Assembly (NCBI GenBank): GCA_902598405.1
Contig: CACKBQ010000002.1
Span: forward strand, 1,780 to 65,779
DNA from: an uncultured Pelagibacteraceae bacterium
Lineage (GTDB): Bacteria > Pseudomonadota > Alphaproteobacteria > Pelagibacterales > AG-422-B15
Reading direction: 5' to 3'
Length of the DNA stretch: 64,000 nt
Shown: piece after piece, positions 1 to 8,798 of the stretch
Position numbering within the stretch: the stretch's first letter is position 1
How the letters are laid out: every line of letters begins with the position of its first letter
Made by a program: the position numbers and the translations under genes
The notes under the pieces: model-generated
Databases searched by the model: none
Seen by the model: the letters and a program-made list of their open reading frames with translations, nothing else
Told to the model about the DNA's origin: nothing

Positions 1-3000
1 GGCAATATCAGCATCACCTCTTGCAACTCCACCAGCAATTGCACCAGCTGCATCAGGAGCAGCTTCCATCATTGCGGTTGCAGCGTCAGCTGCTAATTCA
101 GGAGCAGCGTCTGCTAAACTTTGTGCTGCTAAACCTGCAGCATCTGGATTTGCAGCGACCATTGCGCTTGCAGCATCTGCAGCAATTTCTGGAGCAGCTT
201 CTGCCATTGCTCCCATTGCAGCTCCTGCAGCAATTGGATTCGCCTCAGCCATTGCAGCGGCCATATCTGTTGCAGCTTCAGGGTTTGCTTCAACCATAGC
301 GCCAGCAACATCTCCAGCAGCACTTGGTGCAAACTCAGCAACACCTCCTGCAATATCAGCAGCAGCTTCCGGATTTGCAGCAGCCATAGCCGTTGCTATA
401 TCAGCAGCTTGTCCTGGATCTCCCGCAGCCATACCACCAGCAATATCACCAGCAAATTCTGGATTTGCCTCAGCCATCGCGCCAGCAACATCGGCAGCTT
501 GATCGGGTGCTGCGGCAGCAATTCCTTGAGCAATTCCTTGAGCAGCCTCAGGAGCGGCATCCATCATTGCTCCAGCAACATCTCCAGCAATTTCTGGATT
601 TGCGCCAGCCATGCCAGCAGCAATGTCTCCAGCAACATCTGGATTAGCGGCAGCCATAGCACCAGCAGCATCGGCTGCAATATCAGGCAATGCATCAGCG
701 ATTGCGCCTGCAGTTCCTTCAGCGGCCATTGGATTTGCTTCAGCCATTGCGCCAGCAACTGCCAACGCAGCTTCTGGATTCAATTCGGCAACAGAACTCA
801 TCATATTATCGGCAGCACCTGGTGCAGTTTCTGCAAGAACCGCAGCCATCGTCGCTGTAGCTTCAGGATTTGACTCTATTAAGGTATTTGCAACATTCTC
901 CATGGCAACCGGAGCGGCCATAGCAACACCAGTTGCAATATCACCTGCAATATCAGGATTAGCTGCAACCATTGCACCAGCAATATCAGCGGCAGCTTCA
1001 GGGTTAGCCATTGCCATTCCACCCGCTATATCAGCTGCAGCTTCAGGTGCAGCAGCAGCCATAGCATTTGCTGCATCAGCAGCGAGTTCAGGTGCAGCTT
1101 CCATCATTCCTTCTGCAGCCATTTGCGCAGCTGCAGGATTAGCTTCAGCCATTGCAGCGGCAGCTTCAACGGCTAGTTCAGGATTACTTTCAGCAATAGC
1201 AGCGGCCATATCTCCAGCCATTTCAGGAGCAGCTTGCGCTACAGCACCAGCCATAGCAGCGGCAGCTTCTGGAGCAGCTTCCATCATTGCTCCAGCTACA
1301 TCAGCAACGGCATCAGGATTTGCATTTGCCATCCCACCTACAATAGCGGCAGCAGCATCTGGATTTGCCTCAACCAGAGCAGTAGCTGCATCAGCAGCAG
1401 CTTCTGGTGCTTGAGCAGCAACGCCAGCAGCGATTGCTCCAGCGGCATCTGGGTTAGCTTGTATCAATGCAGCGGCAGCTTCAGCGGCAGCTTCTGGTGC
1501 TTGAGCTGAAACAACATTTGCAATTGCTCCAGCTGCATTAGGGTTAATAGCAGCCATGTCTCCCGCAATATCCGCAGCCAAGTCTGGATTTGAAGCAGCA
1601 ACGGTTGCTGCGATATTTGCAACAGCTCCAGCCATAGCTTGAGGATTTACCTCGGCCATGTCAGCAGCAATATCCCCAGCAAGTTCTGGTGCAGCCTGTG
1701 CAACAGAAGTAGCGATTAGCGCAGCAGCAGCTGGATTGGCTTCAGCAAGTGAGCCAGCCACATCCGCAGCAGCTTCAGGTGCAGCTTCTGCAACACCCGC
1801 AGCAATCATCCCAGCAGCTTGAGGTACAGCTTCTGCTAATGCAGCGGCAGTATCCGCAGCAGCACCAGGATCAACCTCTATTATTGCGGCAGTAATATCT
1901 TGAGCGGCCGCAGGGTTAGCAGCAGCCATTGCAGTTGCAGCAGCAACTGCGGCTTCAGGGTTTGCGTCTACAACAGCGGCCATTGCATCACCAGCGGCAG
2001 CCGGTGCAATTTGTGCAACCCCTGTTGCGATATCATTTAATGCTTCTGGATTGGCATCAGCCATAGCACCAATAACATCACCAACAGCATCAGGCGCGCT
2101 TCGTGCCATTCCACCTGCGATTGCGGAAGCAGAGTCAGGTGCAGCTTCAGCCATTGCAACAGCAACATCAGCAGCCATTTCAGGATTACCACTTGCAATA
2201 CCCGCAGCAACTGAGGCAGCAACTTCTGGTGCAGCTTCTGCCATTGCAGCAGCGGCTTGAGTTGCTATATCAGCACTTCCACCATCAAAAAAACCAGCGT
2301 CAGCAACTACAGCGGCCATACCTTGTGCTGCAGATGCAGCGGCAGCAGGACTAGCCTCGGCCATTGCTGCAGCAGCAGCTACAGCTTGTTCGGGTGCTGA
2401 CTCCATTAATGCACCAGCAATATCTCCGGCAGCAGCTGGATTTGCTTCAGCCATTGCAGCTGCAAGTTCACCCGCAGCTTCAGGGTCATTAGAAATAAGT
2501 TCAGATGCAACAGATGCAGCAGCATCAGGTGCAAATTGGGCTACAGCAGCAGCCATGTCAGCTGCAGCGTCAGGATTCGCATCAGCCATTGCAGCTGTTA
2601 CTTCAGCAGCAAATTCTGGATTTGCAGCAGCAGTGCTTGCAGCAATTTGTGCCGCAGCGTCTGGGTTTGCTTCTGCTAATGCGAGAGCGGCTTCAGCAGC
2701 AACCTCTGGGTTACCCGATGCAACTCCAGCAGCCAGTGCTCCTGATAATTCTGGTGCAGCTTCGGCAACAGCTCCGGCAACATCAGCAACAAGTTCAGGC
2801 GCAGCTTCTGCAAGTCCCGCCATTGCTTCACCAGCTGCAGCAGGGTTTGCTTCTGCCATTGCAGTTGCTAGTTCAGCGGCAGCGGCTGGATCAGCGGCAG
2901 CCATCGCTCCCAACACCTCTCCTGCTGTTTCAGGTGCAACCTGCGCAACTTGTGCTGCCATGTCTACATTAAAGTCCGCCATATCTTCCGGTGATACACC

Positions 3001-5565
3001 TGGTATGTCAGCCATTTGCTCCATCATCTGGCCTGCAATTTCACCTGCAGCGTCAGGATCAGCGGCTGCAACAGCTGTTGCAATGTTTGCTGTCATTTCA
3101 GCCATTTGTTCTGCAGGATCAAAATCTGCAGGAGCGCCAGGTATCTCAGCCATTTGCTCCATCATCGCTCCAGCTAGTTCCGCTGCCTGCTCTGGTGCAG
3201 CAGCTGTAGCTTGCGTAGCGATTGCAGTTGTCATGTCAGCCATTTGTGCGGCCATATCAAATTCTTCTGGTACATTAGGAATGTCGGCCATAACTTCCAT
3301 CATGGCTCCAGCTAAATCAGCAGCTCCCTCTGGATCTGCCTGAACAGCAGCTGATGCCATGTTAGCAGTCATTCCAGCACCAGTTTCAGCAAGTGCTTCA
3401 GGTTCAATTCCAGGAATCTCGGCCATTTGTTCCATCATAGTTCCAGCCAATTCAGCTGCACCTTCTGGATCAGCAATAGTTGCTGCGGATGCAACGTTTG
3501 CTGTCATTGCGGCAGCTGCTTCTGCAAGAGCGCCTTCACTTGCATTGCCTTCAACGCCTGTCATAGCTTCTACCATTGCTCCTGCAACTTCTGCTGCTGC
3601 TTCAGGTGCTGCACTTGCAACTTGAGTTGCAATTGCTGTTTGCATAGCTAATGCTTCATCTTGAGAAAAGTTTTCATTTCCAGCAGCGACTGCTGCCATT
3701 TCACTTGCAATTTCTGTAGCGGCTTCTGGATTGGCTTGAGCGACAGTTGCAGCAATATTTGCAGCAGCACTTGGTGCAGCTTCAGCCATAGCAACAGCAG
3801 CTTCTGTGGCCAGTTCAGGTAAAGCCTCACTCACAGCTCCAACTGCAGCGCCTGCAGTTGCAGGATTGGCATCCGCCATTGTTGCAGCTGCATCTACTGC
3901 TTGTTCAGGTGCAACTTCTGCAATTGCTCCCATAACTCCCTCAGCAGTACCAGGTGCTGACTCGGCGATTTGTTCAGCAATATCTCCAATTGCTTCAGGG
4001 TTGGCTTCCATCATTGCGCCAGCAATATCGCCAGCTAATTCTTGTGCAACTTCAGCTGCAGTACCTTGCGCTTCAGCAATTGTCTCTTGAGCAGCAGATT
4101 GTACCTCAGCTATTGCAGCTTGAGCTTGAGCTACTACGTTTGGATCGTCAGATGTTAAATCTGCCTGTAAGTCTGCAGTTGCCTCAGCAACTTGTGCTTG
4201 TGCTTCAGCCTGAGCTGCAGCAACTTCTTGAGCAGCATTTGCTTGAGCAGCAACGGCAACACCTGTTGCAATATCAGCAGCAGCTTCTGGATCAGCAGCG
4301 GCCATTTCTGTTGCTACTTCTGCAGCAACCTCAGGATTACCTTGCGCTACACCTCCAGCAATCGCAGCAGCGGCTTCTGGCGCAGCTTCTTGCATTGCCA
4401 TTGCAGCTTCCCCTGCTTGATCAGGGGCTAATTCTGCCATCACTTCTGCAGCGGCTCCCGCAGCTGCAGGTGCAACTTCAGCCATCGCGGCGGTTGCTTC
4501 AATTGCTTGTTCAGGAGCGGCTTCAATAATTGCTTCTGTAGCAAGTGCAGCAGCGGCTGGATTTGCTTCAGCTATTTCAGCACATAATTCAACGGCTCCT
4601 TCAGGATTAGATGCCATCATTTCTTGAACCATTTCAGCAGCGGCTTCTGGGTTTGATGCAGCAGTACCAGCGATAATTTCAGCAGCAGCGTCTGGATTCA
4701 TTTCAATCATTTCTGCAATAATTTCTTGCGTTGCAGCTTGTGATGCTTCAAGTGCAGCTTCTTGACCTGCTTGATTATTTTCTATCAACGCGCCTTGTAA
4801 ATCAGCTTGAATATCAGCAATACCCTCTTGACCGACTTCAGTAACTTGCGCTTGGGCATCAGCTTGTGCTTCAGCATTTGCCTGTGCAGTTTCTTGATTA
4901 ACTTCAGCAACAGCAGCTTGAGCAACACCAGATGCAACGCCGGCAGCAACAGCGGCGGCGGCTTCAGGTGCGGCTTGAGCCATTGCAGTTGCAACTTGGG
5001 AAGCAGCTTCAGGATCAGCGGCAGCTACAGCACTTGCAGCTCCACTTGCTGCAGCAGGGTTAGCGGCGGCCATCGATGCAGCAGCATCCACGGCATGTTC
5101 AGGTGCGGCTTGTGCAACAGCAGTTGCAACAGCGCCCGCAGCTGCAGGAGCAACTTCAGCAATTGCGGCAGCCATTTCAGCGGCACCTTCTGGATTAATT
5201 TGTGTTAAAGATGCAGCGACAGCACCAGCAGCGGCTGGAGCATTTTGTACAACATCGGATGCAACATCTTCTGCTATATCAGGTGCAGCACTCGCCATTG
5301 CAGCTGCAGTAGCGTTAGCAGATTGCGGAGAAGCAGCAGCGATTGCGCCAGCTATTTCGGCTGCTTGTTCGGGAATTGCTTGTGCAGTTGCAGATGCGAT
5401 TTGTTGAGCTGCTGCAGGGTTAGCCTGTACAACGGCTGCCAGCATTTCATCTGGGTTGTCATTATTAGCTGCATAATCTTGTATTAATGCCTGCTGTTCT
5501 TCCGGTGATCCCGCGGCGGCGACCTGTTGAAAAAACTCCTGTGCTTCTGCTGGCGATACTGGCAT
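1..5565 (-). CDS. Giant Ala-rich 15-aa repeat protein (>=1855 aa, 3' end outside window), putative type I-secreted surface protein
   Basis: ATG at 5565 with upstream AAAGGA Shine-Dalgarno; translation starts MPVSPAEAQEFFQQVAAAGSPEEQQALIQDYAANNDNPDEMLAAVVQANPAAAQQIA. The same frame read open in every block I translated down to position 1 (...APDAAGAIAGGVARGDADIA). Pro recurs every 15 aa, consensus P-E-A-A-x-x-I-A-x-A-M-A-E-A-(N/A). Missing from the ORF track because no stop falls in the window. Confidence 0.9.
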   Translation of the reverse strand, partial: MPVSPAEAQEFFQQVAAAGSPEEQQALIQDYAANNDNPDEMLAAVVQANPAAAQQIASATAQAIPEQAAEIAGAIAAASPQSANATAAAMASAAPDIAEDVASDVVQNAPAAAGAVAASLTQINPEGAAEMAAAIAEVAPAAAGAVATAVAQAAPEHAVDAAASMAAANPAAASGAASAVAAADPEAASQVATAMAQAAPEAAAAVAAGVASGVAQAAVAEVNQETAQANAEAQADAQAQVTEVGQEGIADIQADLQGALIENNQAGQEAALEASQAATQEIIAEMIEMNPDAAAEIIAGTAASNPEAAAEMVQEMMASNPEGAVELCAEIAEANPAAAALATEAIIEAAPEQAIEATAAMAEVAPAAAGAAAEVMAELAPDQAGEAAMAMQEAAPEAAAAIAGGVAQGNPEVAAEVATEMAAADPEAAADIATGVAVAAQANAAQEVAAAQAEAQAQVAEATADLQADLTSDDPNVVAQAQAAIAEVQSAAQETIAEAQGTAAEVAQELAGDIAGAMMEANPEAIGDIAEQIAESAPGTAEGVMGAIAEVAPEQAVDAAATMADANPATAGAAVGAVSEALPELATEAAVAMAEAAPSAAANIAATVAQANPEAATEIASEMAAVAAGNENFSQDEALAMQTAIATQVASAAPEAAAEVAGAMVEAMTGVEGNASEGALAEAAAAMTANVASAATIADPEGAAELAGTMMEQMAEIPGIEPEALAETGAGMTANMASAAVQADPEGAADLAGAMMEVMADIPNVPEEFDMAAQMADMTTAIATQATAAAPEQAAELAGAMMEQMAEIPGAPADFDPAEQMAEMTANIATAVAAADPDAAGEIAGQMMEQMADIPGVSPEDMADFNVDMAAQVAQVAPETAGEVLGAMAAADPAAAAELATAMAEANPAAAGEAMAGLAEAAPELVADVAGAVAEAAPELSGALAAGVASGNPEVAAEAALALAEANPDAAAQIAASTAAANPEFAAEVTAAMADANPDAAADMAAAVAQFAPDAAASVASELISNDPEAAGELAAAMAEANPAAAGDIAGALMESAPEQAVAAAAAMAEASPAAAASAAQGMAAVVADAGFFDGGSADIATQAAAAMAEAAPEVAASVAAGIASGNPEMAADVAVAMAEAAPDSASAIAGGMARSAPDAVGDVIGAMADANPEALNDIATGVAQIAPAAAGDAMAAVVDANPEAAVAAATAMAAANPAAAQDITAAIIEVDPGAAADTAAALAEAVPQAAGMIAAGVAEAAPEAAADVAGSLAEANPAAAALIATSVAQAAPELAGDIAADMAEVNPQAMAGAVANIAATVAASNPDLAADIAGDMAAINPNAAGAIANVVSAQAPEAAAEAAAALIQANPDAAGAIAAGVAAQAPEAAADAATALVEANPDAAAAIVGGMANANPDAVADVAGAMMEAAPEAAAAMAGAVAQAAPEMAGDMAAAIAESNPELAVEAAAAMAEANPAAAQMAAEGMMEAAPELAADAANAMAAAAPEAAADIAGGMAMANPEAAADIAGAMVAANPDIAGDIATGVAMAAPVAMENVANTLIESNPEATATMAAVLAETAPGAADNMMSSVAELNPEAALAVAGAMAEANPMAAEGTAGAIADALPDIAADAAGAMAAANPDVAGDIAAGMAGANPEIAGDVAGAMMDAAPEAAQGIAQGIAAAAPDQAADVAGAMAEANPEFAGDIAGGMAAGDPGQAADIATAMAAANPEAAADIAGGVAEFAPSAAGDVAGAMVEANPEAATDMAAAMAEANPIAAGAAMGAMAEAAPEIAADAASAMVAANPDAAGLAAQSLADAAPELAADAATAMMEAAPDAAGAIAGGVARGDADIA

Positions 5566-5620
5566 CTTAATTATTCCTTTCTAAAAATTTAGCCGTAACT
5601 GTTTCCTCTCGTAAATATTA

Positions 5621-6961
5621 TTATGAAGACGTATTAAAAGTTCCAACTTTTCTTGTATCCTCAACCATATCAGGTTCTAACAAGTTAATGACGTCGAGAA
5701 TTTCATAAACAGTTGTTAATAATGACATGCTATCATCAGATAAGTCCTTTAATGCACCCTCTAAGGCTTCCTCAGCAGAGAGAACTGCCGCTGCATCAGT
5801 TTGGTCTGCAGCTCTTTCTTTTTGTGCAATAGTTAAAAGTTCTTTTGCGATAGTAGCTTCATTTTCACTGTATGAAAGCATGGTTCTAGCATTTGCATAT
5901 TCGACCCATGCATCTTTTGCTGCTTTTATTGTATCTCTTTCTTTTAAAGCCAAATCATTTATGGCTCTATCTAGTGCTGATCGATCATTTAAATAACCAG
6001 GCATTTCCATGTACAGCCCAGATATTGGAAATTCGACAGTTACTTTAATTTGCTCTTCGTAATGGTTTCCTCCAGTGTGCGAGGCATCAGTTTTATCTGA
6101 GTATTTTGCTTCTGCATCAACTGTGGGACCGAAATTTGCAAGTGCAGAAGAAAGATCATTTCTTGCAGTTTCAACATCGATCTTGGCAATTTTCAAATCT
6201 CTATTTCCAGATAATGCCATTACAACAGTTGCTTCCATTGATTTTGGAACCATTGAAATTGTTGAAGCAGCTAGTCGTGGCTTAGTCAAGCTGTTAACGT
6301 CAACATCATCAACATTGAAAAGTTTTTCATAAGTATACATTGCAGATTTAAAATTTTTTTCATCAGATATAACTGTTTTTTGAGCACTTGCTAATTGACG
6401 TTTAGCTTTTAATACATCTGATGCAAGTCCAGATCCAACTTGTACTCTTATTTCTTCTTGGCCAGTAGTTTGTCTTGTATTCTCTTCAGCTGCTACTGAG
6501 GCTTCTAATTTTTCTGAGGCTTTTATTAATCCAAGATAAGCATCTGCAGCCTCAATTAGTAAATCATTTCTTGAACTAATAAACTCAAGCTCTTTTTTTT
6601 CTACTGCAAGGTTTTTATTTCTTACGTCAGCCAATGAGGCTCCTGAGTCCATAATCTTTTGCTTCCATGTCCAATCGTAAGTATCGAAACTATCAATTTG
6701 TGAATTTGATGAAGCATTGTACTTATCATTCTGTCCTGCTTCCAATTTTACAGATAAATCAGGCGCATAAACCAGTAACGCATCAGTAACATCACGCGTT
6801 GCTTCTTCTAGTTCCTTTTTTGAGTTGATAATATCTTCATGGTTTTCTAATACACTTTCAACCATTTCAGATAACCTATCTCCACTAGCAGGTACTGAAG
6901 AAGTGATTGCAAATGCAATAATTATAAAGAATAAATTAATTCTTTTGAGCAATAGATTCAT
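5621..6961 (-). CDS. TolC-family outer membrane channel (type I secretion OMP, LapE/AggA-like)
   Basis: 446 aa, N-terminal signal peptide, two OEP-like halves (LSEMVESVLENHEDI...; GSGLASDVLKAKRQL; ARNDLSSALANFGPTVD); SD AGAGGGG; 55 bp upstream of the giant ORF on the same strand. Confidence 0.8.
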   Translation of the reverse strand: MNLLLKRINLFFIIIAFAITSSVPASGDRLSEMVESVLENHEDIINSKKELEEATRDVTDALLVYAPDLSVKLEAGQNDKYNASSNSQIDSFDTYDWTWKQKIMDSGASLADVRNKNLAVEKKELEFISSRNDLLIEAADAYLGLIKASEKLEASVAAEENTRQTTGQEEIRVQVGSGLASDVLKAKRQLASAQKTVISDEKNFKSAMYTYEKLFNVDDVDVNSLTKPRLAASTISMVPKSMEATVVMALSGNRDLKIAKIDVETARNDLSSALANFGPTVDAEAKYSDKTDASHTGGNHYEEQIKVTVEFPISGLYMEMPGYLNDRSALDRAINDLALKERDTIKAAKDAWVEYANARTMLSYSENEATIAKELLTIAQKERAADQTDAAAVLSAEEALEGALKDLSDDSMSLLTTVYEILDVINLLEPDMVEDTRKVGTFNTSS

Positions 6962-7078
6962 TTTGGACCCCTCTAATCAATTTGCTAATAATAGAGAAAA
7001 TTATCATCTAAAAAATAGCTATATACAAGCTATTTCGTCACGATTCTGTAGTTTTTATCCAGTGTTTTATAGGGGTAT

Positions 7079-8794
7079 TTATATGTCGCTATAAGTATGG
7101 GTTTCTTTATCAGCGCCTGGGTGTGTAACAGCGCCATTAACCGCAGATCCAACAGTTTTGCTATATTTCCATAACGTACCAGAATTAAAGTCAGTTTTTC
7201 TTTCTTTCCAAGTCTTTTGCCTATTCGATAACGTATCTGATGACACATTTAGAGATATTTCGCCTTTTTCTGCATCTAAAATGATTTCGTCACCATCTTC
7301 AATCAATGCGATTGGGCCGCATACAGCGGCCTCTGGTGAAACATGCCCAACACAAAAGCCTCTGGTAGCACCACTAAATCGGCCGTCTGTGATTAAAGCA
7401 ACTTTATCCCCCATTCCTTGACCATATATTGCTGCAGTTGTGGCTAGCATTTCACGCATTCCTGGCCCCCCCTTTGGACCCTCATATCGAATAACAAATA
7501 CATCGCCTTCTTTATATTTCTCATTCTTTACACATTCAAACGCGTCTTCCTCACAATCAAAGCATTTGGCTTTTCCTTTAAATTTTAAATTTTCCATACC
7601 AGCAACTTTTACAATTGCACCCTCTGGAGCTAAATTACCCTTTAAACCTACGACGCCCCCGGTAGGCGTTAAAGGATTATCATATGGACGAATAACGTTT
7701 TGATCATTGTTAAACTTTACAGACTCTAAATTTTCAGCAATTGTTTTTCCTGTTACGGTCAAACAATCACCATGTATGAAACCGCCATCAAAAAGGGTTT
7801 TAATTATAATAGGAACACCGCCTGCTTCATAAACATCTTTAGCAACATATTGGCCTCCTGGTTTTAGATCTGCTAAATATGGGGTACGTTTGAATATCTC
7901 TACTACATCGTCGAGATTGAATTTTATACCGCATTCATGTGCAATTGCAGGTAGATGAAGTCCAGCATTTGTTGAGCCTCCAGTTGCAGCAACAATGGTC
8001 GCCGCATTTTCTAAAGACTTTCTTGTAACGATATCGCGAGGTCTTATTTTTTTTTCAATTAGACTCATTACCTGTTTTCCGCTTTCATAAGCGTATTTAT
8101 CTCTTTCTTCATAAGGAGCTGGTGCCCCTGATGAGTAAGGAAGAGCTAAGCCAATAGCTTCTGAAACACAGGCCATTGTATTTGCTGTAAACTGGCCTCC
8201 GCAAGCACCTGCACTTGGACATGCAACGCATTCAAGTTCATGAAGTTCTTCCTCAGTTGCATTTCCAGAGGAATACTTTCCAACAGCCTCGAATACATCA
8301 ACGACGGTAACGTCTTTCCCTTTATATTTGCCTGGAAGAATACTTCCCCCATACATAAAAACACTAGGTACATTCAATCTGCACATCGCCATCATTAGAC
8401 CTGGTAGTGATTTATCGCATCCGGCAAGTCCTACGATTGCATCGTAACAATGCCCTCTGACTGTAAGCTCTGTAGAATCCGCTATTACTTCACGAGACAC
8501 CAACGAGGATTTCATTCCTTGATGACCCATAGCAATACCATCGGTAACAGTTATTGTACAAAATTCTCTTGGAGTCCCCTCTGCCTCGGAAACTCCCTTT
8601 TTTACAGATTGTGCTTGTCGCATTAATGCAATGTTGCAAGGTGCAGCTTCATTCCAAGTTGAGACCACTCCTACAAAGGGTTTGTTTATATCGTCCTCAT
8701 TCATACCCATTGCATAGTAATATGAACGATGAGGCGCTCTCTCGGGTCCTACTGATACATGTCGGCTAGGTAGTTTGTTTTTATTAAATTTCAT
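7079..8794 (-). CDS. ilvD: Dihydroxy-acid dehydratase
   Basis: Motifs [45 protein letters not shown]. Confidence 0.97.
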   Translation of the reverse strand: MKFNKNKLPSRHVSVGPERAPHRSYYYAMGMNEDDINKPFVGVVSTWNEAAPCNIALMRQAQSVKKGVSEAEGTPREFCTITVTDGIAMGHQGMKSSLVSREVIADSTELTVRGHCYDAIVGLAGCDKSLPGLMMAMCRLNVPSVFMYGGSILPGKYKGKDVTVVDVFEAVGKYSSGNATEEELHELECVACPSAGACGGQFTANTMACVSEAIGLALPYSSGAPAPYEERDKYAYESGKQVMSLIEKKIRPRDIVTRKSLENAATIVAATGGSTNAGLHLPAIAHECGIKFNLDDVVEIFKRTPYLADLKPGGQYVAKDVYEAGGVPIIIKTLFDGGFIHGDCLTVTGKTIAENLESVKFNNDQNVIRPYDNPLTPTGGVVGLKGNLAPEGAIVKVAGMENLKFKGKAKCFDCEEDAFECVKNEKYKEGDVFVIRYEGPKGGPGMREMLATTAAIYGQGMGDKVALITDGRFSGATRGFCVGHVSPEAAVCGPIALIEDGDEIILDAEKGEISLNVSSDTLSNRQKTWKERKTDFNSGTLWKYSKTVGSAVNGAVTHPGADKETHTYSDI

Positions 8795-8798
8795 ATTT

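Noticed and set aside
21-5487. Many Gln/Leu-, Ser/Cys- and Ala/Ser-rich ORFs in the track on both strands
   Set aside because: Shadow and off-frame ORFs produced by the GCN-rich codons of the giant minus-strand gene; only the 5565 frame has an SD and a coherent repeat.
1-5565. Possible CRISPR array, DNA tandem repeat or recently acquired high-GC island
   Set aside because: No identical DNA repeats with spacers and no cas or mobility genes. Periodicity is at the protein level and third positions follow the AT-rich host bias.
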